Of a DNA stretch of 64,000 bases, positions 1 to 7,202 are shown one piece after another. The position numbers were made by a program, and so were the translations under genes. The notes beneath the pieces were generated by a model. It was not told where the DNA came from. It saw only the letters and a list, made by a program, of their open reading frames with translations, and ran no database searches. Origin of the DNA: Patescibacteria group bacterium (lineage in GTDB: Bacteria > Patescibacteriota > Minisyncoccia > Phycocordibacterales > Phycocordibacteraceae); the NCBI GenBank assembly GCA_019752595.1, contig JAIELV010000001.1, forward strand, positions 56,486-120,485. The letters run 5' to 3'. Each line of letters opens with the position of its first letter. Position 1 is the stretch's first letter.

Positions 1-263
1 AAAGCGTGGAGTACATTACCTTCTGCGCCAGATGCAAATCTGTATCCACTTGGATACAGTTGTTCGTCCCCATCAATATCTCTCACTCGAAACTCGTTTG
101 CCACCACCCGCACGCCGTCTGGAAACGGCTCCCTGCGCACGGCTTCTATGAGTTTGCCTTCGAGTGCAAACATTTCAGGAAACGATTTTCGGTGGCTTTG
201 TTCTCGCATGCGGCGAAGGTGAGAACGGTCGCCAAGTAGGTCAATTATTTTTTCTCTTTTCAT
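1..263 (-). CDS. hypothetical protein, 3' end beyond window edge
   Basis: Minus-strand ORF from ATG (cat at 261-263), reading MKREKIIDLLGDRSHLRRMREQSHRKSFPEMFALEGKLIEAVRREPFPDGVRVVANEFRVRDIDGDEQLYPSGYRF... with no stop before position 1. Absent from the supplied track because it is open-ended. Lies downstream of dnaE after a terminator. No motif recognised. Confidence 0.3.
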   Translation of the reverse strand, partial: MKREKIIDLLGDRSHLRRMREQSHRKSFPEMFALEGKLIEAVRREPFPDGVRVVANEFRVRDIDGDEQLYPSGYRFASGAEGNVLHA

Positions 264-283
264 GTTGTTTTTTGATTCAGATA

Positions 284-311
284 AAGAAAAACCCCCTTCG
301 GGAGAAGGGGG
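284..311 (-). terminator. intrinsic terminator downstream of dnaE
   Basis: GC hairpin cccccttc-ggga-gaaggggg with an A-run on the plus strand before it, which gives a U-run after the hairpin on the minus strand. Confidence 0.5.
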
Positions 312-438
312 TGTATGGGGCACGAAATGTTTTTTACTTCACGCCACAATAACCGCCTCCTCCGAGGTGGTAGTTGTAGTCGTGGTTGTGTTTGATCGGT
401 AACTCACTTTTTTACCGTATCGTATTGCAGGCAAAGGG

Positions 439-3400
439 TCAAGTCTTCGAATCGGTTAGATTTTTTATTTTCTCAATCAACAACGATGGTGTACCGTTTC
501 TTCTGGTTATTTTTCCTTTCAGCAATACACACGTACCAGGGGTGAGCGCAGTTTGATATGTTTTAAATACTTCAGGAAATGCCACACCCTCAAGAGATGC
601 TTCTTTGTCAGCAACGGTGACGAATGCCATACGGTCGCCCTTTTTTGTGAAAATTGTTTTGACTGTCTCCACAACGCCCGCCACCGCAAGTGGGAAATTA
701 TTTCGCTCTTCAGCGCGAGCCACTTTTATTGACCCCTTAAAATCGCGAAGCGCAATCGCGAATTGATCCAAGGGATGCCCCGATACGTAAATTCCCAAAA
801 GTTCTTTTTCCCACGTCAGCATGTCCATTCTCGGCGCTTCAGGGGCGGGGAGGAGGCGTATCTCAGCGGATGCCGTGGGGAGTGCAAAAAGCATTGATTG
901 ATTTTTGGGCCCCGCCGATGAATCTTTGGCATACGCAAGCATGTGTTCTATGTTTCCAAGAAGTACTCCGCGCGTGCCAAATGCATCAAAGACTCCCGTT
1001 TTAATTAAGGCTTCAAGTGCGCGCTTGTTTGCCATGGAGCCCGACATACGGGTTAAAAAGTCCGACAGAGATTTGAATTTTCCGTTTTTTTCACGCTCAT
1101 CAATGATATTTTTTGCAGCGCCGTCACCGAAGTTTTTGATTGATGATAAACCGAAACGAATCATCCCGTGGGTGATGACGGTAAATGTTTCAAATGATTC
1201 ATTGACGTCAGGCGGCAAGACGCGAATACCAATTCGCTCGCATTCAGTCACGTGTTCTGCGATCGTCTCAACGTTGCCCGAATCCGCCGTCAAAAGTGCC
1301 GCCATGTAATCTTCTGTATGGTGCGCCTTCATGTACGCAGTCTGGTATGCCACACGGCCGTAGGATGCCGCGTGCGCTTTGTTGAATCCGTACGCGGCAA
1401 ACGGTTCAATCAACTTCCAAATTGATTCAGCTTTGTATCGCGTCAATTTCCCGTAACTGATGCAACCGTCAATGAATTTTTCTTTCTGCGCTTCCATCTC
1501 TGCGGGGATTTTCTTTCCCATGGCTTTGCGCAGGTTGTCTGCCTCAAGCCATGAGTAACCAGCTAAGGTGATTGCGGTCAAAAGCACATCGTCCTGATAG
1601 GTAATGATGCCGTAGGAGCGCTCTAGTAAGTCTTTCATGCGTGGGTCGATATGCTCAATTAACGCAGGGTTATGCTTTCTCTGAATGTAGGAGGGGATGG
1701 ATTCCATGGGGCCAGGGCGGTAGAGAGCCACCATGGCGTTAATGTCGTGAATAGAAGTGGGTTTTAGGTCTTTCAAAAAGTGGGTCACACCCGAACCACC
1801 GAGCTGAAACACGCCTTCGGTCTCACCTCGCGCGAGCATGGCGAACACTTTTTCATCATCAAGCGGAATATTTTCAATATCAACCTTTTCTCCTTTCCGT
1901 TTTTCTACACGTTCGACGGCGTCGCCTAACACAGAAAGGTTCTTGAGGCCCAGGAAGTCAAACTTCAGAAGCCCCGCGTCTTCAACTGCATGCATTTCGT
2001 ACTGCGTGATGACTGATTGTCCGTGCGGGTCGTACTGCACGGGCACGAAGTCGGTGACTGCGCTTGGCGCAATCACAATGCCCGCGGCATGAATTGAAAT
2101 GTGGCGCGCGTTACCTTCAATTTTTTTCGCAGTGTTGATAATAATTTCTGCGTCTTCGTCCGACTGATACAAATTTTTCAAATCCTCTTCGATCTCGAGT
2201 GCGCGGTCAATAGTCATCGGGAAACCTTGCGAGCCAAACGGAATCATTTTTGCGATTCTGTCACCAACGCCGTACGGATAACCGAGTGCGCGCGAAACAT
2301 CACGAACCGCGGCGCGCGCTGCCATCGTGCCGAAGGTACCGATTTGTGCGACCGCGTCGTCACCATAACGCTTCTTCGCATACGCAATCATTTCATCGCG
2401 TTTGTTGTCGGCAAAGTCCATGTCGACGTCTGGCGCTGAGGGGCGCTCGGGGTTTAAGAAACGTTCGAAGGGAAGTTTGTAAGCTATTGGGTCGACGTTC
2501 GTGATACCTGTTAAATAGGAGACCAGAGAACCTGCAGCCGAGCCTCGTGTTGTTGTCAGGATGCCGTTGTTTCTCGCGAACGAGAGCAGGTCAGACACGG
2601 TAAGAAAGTATGGGGAGTAGCCTTTTTTCGAAATAATTGAGAGTTCGTACACTAAACGTTTTTCGAAGTCTTCGTTCGGGGTAATACCGCGCCGCGTGAT
2701 TCCATCGCGCGCTGCTTTCTCCAATTCCGCGTCGTACGTTGTTCCTGAATCAATAGGGAATTTGGGAAACACCCATGCGCCCAAAGCGAGCTCAAGGTTA
2801 CAACGTTCTGCAATTTCAGCGGTGTTTTTTAATGCTTCAGGGAAATCGCGAAAGCGTTCCTCCGCAACTCCTTGGCTGATAAATGTGCGGTCGCCGTCGT
2901 CCGCCTCTGCGGATGGGTTTGCGATTTTTCGCACGATATCGCGCACGTTCTTATCTTCAGGTTTCATGTAGTACGTTGCGTCTGAGGCAACAAGAGGAAG
3001 CGAAAGTGCCTTCGCAACACCAGCGATGCGGAGCATGTGTTCGCGACCGTCATTCCAGCCTAAGCGCGCATAGACATTTTTTTTACCTAACGCAGTTCGC
3101 AATTCCTCCACGACAGCCTCGCTGCCGTGACCCAAAAGGGCAGTATCAGGAATGAGTGCAATTAATCCCGCACCGTGTTCGGTAATTATTTTCGAAGACA
3201 CGCGTGGGTTTGCCTGGTCAGATAATTGCGCTTTTGAAATTAATTTCAAGAGATTTTTGTAACCCGTTTCGTTTTCTGCGAGAAAAACAATATGGTTGTT
3301 TGCCCCTGCTATGTCGGCGTCTGCATCGACACCGAGTATCGGCTTCACCCCTGCTTTTTTTGCAGCTTTGTAAAACTCCATCGCACCATACAGGTTGTTG

Positions 3401-3525
3401 CGGTCGGTCAACGCCAACGCGGGCATACCATAGAACGCCGCCTGTTTTACCAAATCGTCTATTTGCGAAAGACCATCAAGGAGGCTGTAGTGACTGTGTG
3501 CGGATAAGTGTGAGAAGCCATTCAT
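439..3525 (-). CDS. dnaE: DNA polymerase III alpha subunit
   Basis: PHP-domain N-terminus HSHYSLLDG, followed by the polymerase core and OB-fold. The track ORF extends to 3561, but an ATG at 3525 (MNGFSHLSAHSHYSLLDG) fits the family N-terminus. Confidence 0.95.
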   Translation of the reverse strand: MNGFSHLSAHSHYSLLDGLSQIDDLVKQAAFYGMPALALTDRNNLYGAMEFYKAAKKAGVKPILGVDADADIAGANNHIVFLAENETGYKNLLKLISKAQLSDQANPRVSSKIITEHGAGLIALIPDTALLGHGSEAVVEELRTALGKKNVYARLGWNDGREHMLRIAGVAKALSLPLVASDATYYMKPEDKNVRDIVRKIANPSAEADDGDRTFISQGVAEERFRDFPEALKNTAEIAERCNLELALGAWVFPKFPIDSGTTYDAELEKAARDGITRRGITPNEDFEKRLVYELSIISKKGYSPYFLTVSDLLSFARNNGILTTTRGSAAGSLVSYLTGITNVDPIAYKLPFERFLNPERPSAPDVDMDFADNKRDEMIAYAKKRYGDDAVAQIGTFGTMAARAAVRDVSRALGYPYGVGDRIAKMIPFGSQGFPMTIDRALEIEEDLKNLYQSDEDAEIIINTAKKIEGNARHISIHAAGIVIAPSAVTDFVPVQYDPHGQSVITQYEMHAVEDAGLLKFDFLGLKNLSVLGDAVERVEKRKGEKVDIENIPLDDEKVFAMLARGETEGVFQLGGSGVTHFLKDLKPTSIHDINAMVALYRPGPMESIPSYIQRKHNPALIEHIDPRMKDLLERSYGIITYQDDVLLTAITLAGYSWLEADNLRKAMGKKIPAEMEAQKEKFIDGCISYGKLTRYKAESIWKLIEPFAAYGFNKAHAASYGRVAYQTAYMKAHHTEDYMAALLTADSGNVETIAEHVTECERIGIRVLPPDVNESFETFTVITHGMIRFGLSSIKNFGDGAAKNIIDEREKNGKFKSLSDFLTRMSGSMANKRALEALIKTGVFDAFGTRGVLLGNIEHMLAYAKDSSAGPKNQSMLFALPTASAEIRLLPAPEAPRMDMLTWEKELLGIYVSGHPLDQFAIALRDFKGSIKVARAEERNNFPLAVAGVVETVKTIFTKKGDRMAFVTVADKEASLEGVAFPEVFKTYQTALTPGTCVLLKGKITRRNGTPSLLIEKIKNLTDSKT

Positions 3526-3546
3526 TCGTACCAGTATAATGTTTGA

Positions 3547-4200
3547 GTGGCAGAAACGCATTCTTTGGGTTTCGCGCAGTCTAAGTACATCGTTGGTGTG
3601 GACGAGGTTGGTAGAGGGCCATTAGCTGGACCTGTGTCAGTCGGTATTGTCATTATTCCTGCAGCGCATGATATTTCACAGTATTTCGCGAAGCTTACTG
3701 ATTCAAAACAAATGACTGAAAAGGCGCGCGAAGCGACATGTGTTGAGGCGGAACTTTTGCAGAAGAATGGAACTATTTCATATGGTGTTTTTTCAAGCTC
3801 CGCAGAGCAGATAGATGAGTGGGGAATTGAGGCAGCAATTTCCGTTGCGATTGTAAAAGGAATTACAAAGCTCGCGCCGAAGCCTGAGGAGTGCGAAGTG
3901 TTTCTCGATGGGCGTTTGAAAGCGCCGAAGGAATACAAGCAGCAGGCAATTATTCGTGGTGATTCTTTAATTCCTGCGATTTCGCTCGCGTCCGTTGTTG
4001 CCAAAGTTTCCCGTGACCACTACATGGCAGGAATCATTCATCAGGAGTTTCCCGAATACGGATTTGATTCGCACAAGGGATACGGCACAGCCTCCCACAT
4101 ACGCGCCATCAAAGAACTTGGCCCGTCCTCAATTCACCGAAAGAGCTTTCTTTCAAATATATTGTCGAAGTCTGCAGGAGCAAGTACTATTGCTTCATGA
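3547..4200 (+). CDS. rnhB: ribonuclease HII
   Basis: VGVDEVGRGPLAGPV motif. GTG start at 3547, with TATAAT at 3535-3540 only 6 nt upstream, which suggests a leaderless or short-leader transcript. Confidence 0.9.
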   Translation: MAETHSLGFAQSKYIVGVDEVGRGPLAGPVSVGIVIIPAAHDISQYFAKLTDSKQMTEKAREATCVEAELLQKNGTISYGVFSSSAEQIDEWGIEAAISVAIVKGITKLAPKPEECEVFLDGRLKAPKEYKQQAIIRGDSLIPAISLASVVAKVSRDHYMAGIIHQEFPEYGFDSHKGYGTASHIRAIKELGPSSIHRKSFLSNILSKSAGASTIAS

Positions 4201-4574
4201 CTGATAACCAGCAGGTACCACAAGATCTTCCTGTCGACAAAGAGCTTGCCGAGCGAGTGACGTCCTTGTATGCGCAAGTAGATCAGGTGTTGGAAGAGTT
4301 GCGTGTGCCCGATGAAGAGAAGAAAGAGGTTGAAAAAAATCTGATGGAGGCAATTGCTGCAGATTTACTGGTTCGCCTTGGAGAAAAACTTTCTGATGAA
4401 GATAAACAGTCGCTCGCCTCAATAGGGGAATCGCTCCCACCAGGCTCGGAGCCCGACCTCGGTGCTGTTGCGGGGTTTTTCAGAGAGAAATTTTCTCAGG
4501 AAGAATTAGTACATGCACTTGCCGAAGCAACCGAAAGCGTCCTTGTCGAGTTTACCGAAGCTATGCGAAGGTAA
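4197..4574 (+). CDS. hypothetical acidic protein
   Basis: ATGA start/stop overlap with rnhB. 125-aa Glu/Asp-rich ORF with no recognised motif. Confidence 0.5.
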   Translation: MTDNQQVPQDLPVDKELAERVTSLYAQVDQVLEELRVPDEEKKEVEKNLMEAIAADLLVRLGEKLSDEDKQSLASIGESLPPGSEPDLGAVAGFFREKFSQEELVHALAEATESVLVEFTEAMRR

Positions 4575-4756
4575 ACGAGAAGAGTTCACGGGCTACGCAG
4601 ACGAGGGAAATACAAACATTGTATTTCCGAGGCGAGGACGCCCGTATCCTGTGCGGGTCCCGCGCAGGTTACTGAGGCAATGAGGCGCTAGACCAGCTGT
4701 TCAATACTTAGTATAGCACATTTGACAAATAGTACTTAATATGGTACTATAGGAAA

Positions 4757-4954
4757 ATGGCTATTGAAGGAGAAATAAATCCCAACTCAAATGCAGTCTC
4801 AAGCAAAGTTCTTGAGCTAGGCAAAATGCTTGCGGGCGCCGTCCTTGGCGGGGCGAGTGAAGCCGAGGAGGCTCGAATTCGTGATAGGTTTTTCGTTGCT
4901 CGATGGTACGAAACTGTCTGCTCTGAGGCAGACAAAGCACGCTGGACCAATTAA
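4757..4954 (+). CDS. hypothetical small protein (65 aa)
   Basis: Preceded by TTGACA-N17-TACTAT-like promoter elements and an AGGAAA RBS. No homology recognised. Confidence 0.3.
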   Translation: MAIEGEINPNSNAVSSKVLELGKMLAGAVLGGASEAEEARIRDRFFVARWYETVCSEADKARWTN

Positions 4955-5012
4955 GACTCCTAACCTCGCTACGCTAGACATTTCAAGGCTTTTCGGTTAG
5001 TATCTCCTGACT

Positions 5013-5291
5013 ATGGTAGTACGAATGAGGCATACGCGCGCGCATACGGCTAACCGCCGTTCGCATCACGCGCTTAAAGGCACGCGCCTTACCACCTCAA
5101 AAGAGGGCACTGTCCACCCACGTCACCGAGTCCTTTTGGATGGTTCTACATACCGCGGACGCTCAGTTATGGATGCAGGCGCAAAACGCTTGGCACGCGC
5201 TCAGAAAGCCCAGAAACAGCGTGAACGCGAAGAAGGACCAGCTGAAAAGAAGACAGAAGAGAAGGTTGTAGAGAAAAAAGAAAAAAAATAG
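5013..5291 (+). CDS. rpmF: 50S ribosomal protein L32 with K/E-rich C-terminal extension
   Basis: RRSHHALKG...HPRHRV...DGSTYRGRSV matches the L32 core. The C-terminus is lysine/glutamate-rich and low complexity. Confidence 0.85.
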   Translation: MVVRMRHTRAHTANRRSHHALKGTRLTTSKEGTVHPRHRVLLDGSTYRGRSVMDAGAKRLARAQKAQKQREREEGPAEKKTEEKVVEKKEKK

Positions 5292-5355
5292 ATATCCCCG
5301 AACCCGTTTCCAACGGGTTCTTTCTTTGATACCGTACTAGTAGAAGCTCTTTCAT

Positions 5356-6237
5356 ATGGCATCCCGACACCTATCACGCTCTGTAGTGTTGCAAACGCTC
5401 TTTGAGAGCGACATGCAAAACACCCTCTCTTTGGAGAGCGCAAAAGCCATATTGAAGAGAAACCTCGAAGAATATTCCTTGGGCGATACTGATCGTCCGT
5501 TTGCCGACGCTCTGCTTACAGGAGTTTTGGGAAAACGTGAAGAGGTAGACGCTATTATCCAAAAAGCTGCTCCGCAGTGGCCACTGGACAAAATCGCGCC
5601 TGTTGACCGCAACGTGCTTCGTATTGGCCTGTATGAGCTTTTGTTTGGGGACCGCGATGCAACACCACCAAAAGTCGCACTGAACGAAGCAATTGAACTT
5701 GGGAAATCGTACGGCGGGGATTCTTCAGGAAAATTTGTGAACGGCGTTTTGGGAGCGGTGTATCGTGAAATAGGCGAGCCAGGCAAAGCCGATGCAATAA
5801 AAGTGCCCGTACCCTTGCCACACGAAGCGCTGGGCGGTGTGGTGTTGACCGCAGTTGTTGATGGGGTGACTCACATCGCTCTGGTACACGATATTTTCGG
5901 ACGATGGACACTGCCAAAAACAAAATGCCAGGAAAATGAACTTTCAGACGCTGCCGCAACGCGTGCTTTAAAGGAAGAGCTGGGGGTCGCGAGTGTGCTT
6001 TCGGAGCCTTTGGGAGAACATGAGTACATAGCACATGAACCCACAACAGGAAGGATTGTGCGCACCGTGGGATACTTTCTTGCGAAAGTAGAAACACTTA
6101 TAAAGTTAAAGTGTAAAGAGTGCAAAGGAATCACTGAGGCGAAATGGTTTTCAGAAGAGGAAATTCCGCGCATCCCGACGTATAATGACCTCCTTCCGAT
6201 TATTGAATCCGCACTCGTGGCAGCAAAAAGAGCATGA
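5356..6237 (+). CDS. nusB: NusB transcription antitermination factor fused to a C-terminal Nudix-like domain
   Basis: N-terminal ~140 aa is NusB-like (DRNVLRIGLYELLF...PKVALNEAIELGKSYGG). C-terminal ~150 aa has the Nudix fold signature W-LPK-x-ENELSDAAATRALKEELGV, a degenerate Nudix box with RA in place of RE. One continuous frame with no internal start signal seen. Confidence 0.8.
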   Translation: MASRHLSRSVVLQTLFESDMQNTLSLESAKAILKRNLEEYSLGDTDRPFADALLTGVLGKREEVDAIIQKAAPQWPLDKIAPVDRNVLRIGLYELLFGDRDATPPKVALNEAIELGKSYGGDSSGKFVNGVLGAVYREIGEPGKADAIKVPVPLPHEALGGVVLTAVVDGVTHIALVHDIFGRWTLPKTKCQENELSDAAATRALKEELGVASVLSEPLGEHEYIAHEPTTGRIVRTVGYFLAKVETLIKLKCKECKGITEAKWFSEEEIPRIPTYNDLLPIIESALVAAKRA

Positions 6238-6959
6238 ACGCACCTCAGAAAGACATTGTTGAAAAATTTGCCGTACGTTCAGGGGTGACGTTTAAAGATG
6301 CGTCGCTTTTGGAAACTGCACTCACGCACCGCTCATACTTAAATGAAACGCGCGCCAGCGCGCGTGCGCTAGGCACGCACCGTACGCACAACGAACGTTT
6401 GGAATTTTTGGGTGACGCAGTATTGGAACTTGCGGTTACAGATTATCTCTTTCGTGCGTTCCCAGAATCTGATGAAGGTACGCTCACCAGTTACCGTGCC
6501 GCACTCGTGAACGCGGTCATGCTCGGTGGTATTGCTGAAGGTTTAGGTATAAACGAATTTTTACTTCTTTCTAAAGGTGAATCGCGTGACACAGGAAGAG
6601 CTCGCCAAACGATTCTTGCAAACGCGTTTGAAGCCGTCGTTGGTGCGGTGTATTTAGACCAAGGCTACGAGGCAGCGTATGGATTCATCGAACGCCACGT
6701 ACTTTCAAAAGTCGACGAAATGGTAAAAAGTGGAGCATGGCGCGACGCAAAGAGTGAATTTCAGGAATTGGCGCAAGCAAAGTATGGACTCACGCCGAAA
6801 TACGACACGGTGAGCGCAGACGGCCCCGATCACGACAAACGTTTCGTAATCTCGGTTTCCGTGGGTGACGTCGCTATTGCTGAAGGTGAGGGGAAATCAA
6901 AGCAGGAAGCGGAGCAGGAAGCTGCAAAAAAGGCTCTTACCGAAGAGAAAAAGAAGTAG
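6234..6959 (+). CDS. rnc: ribonuclease III
   Basis: ERLEFLGDAVLELAVTDYLF RNase III signature plus a C-terminal dsRBD. ATGA overlap with the upstream gene. Confidence 0.95.
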   Translation: MNAPQKDIVEKFAVRSGVTFKDASLLETALTHRSYLNETRASARALGTHRTHNERLEFLGDAVLELAVTDYLFRAFPESDEGTLTSYRAALVNAVMLGGIAEGLGINEFLLLSKGESRDTGRARQTILANAFEAVVGAVYLDQGYEAAYGFIERHVLSKVDEMVKSGAWRDAKSEFQELAQAKYGLTPKYDTVSADGPDHDKRFVISVSVGDVAIAEGEGKSKQEAEQEAAKKALTEEKKK

Positions 6960-6992
6960 TTCGAGTGTGGTTTCAATTGGTATAATTTCCGC

Positions 6993-7181
6993 ATGAGCAA
7001 AACGGGATTGGAGGCCATACAGCACGCTCTACTTGTTGCTAAAGGTGCATTTCTTATGAACCGTTGGATACGGAGGAGGTCTCAGGGGGAAATGACGAAG
7101 GTGCGCGGATCGGATTTGGGAGCCCTCAGCGCTTACTCTGACGTCGTTATAAATAGATTTATCAACGAAAGGGGCGAGTAA
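6993..7181 (+). CDS. hypothetical small ORF or untranslated sRNA region
   Basis: Strong extended -10 (TGgTATAAT at 6979-6987) immediately upstream. The 62-aa ORF has no support beyond the open frame. Confidence 0.2.
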   Translation: MSKTGLEAIQHALLVAKGAFLMNRWIRRRSQGEMTKVRGSDLGALSAYSDVVINRFINERGE

Positions 7182-7202
7182 AAGCTGTCCTATAATACCT
7201 CC

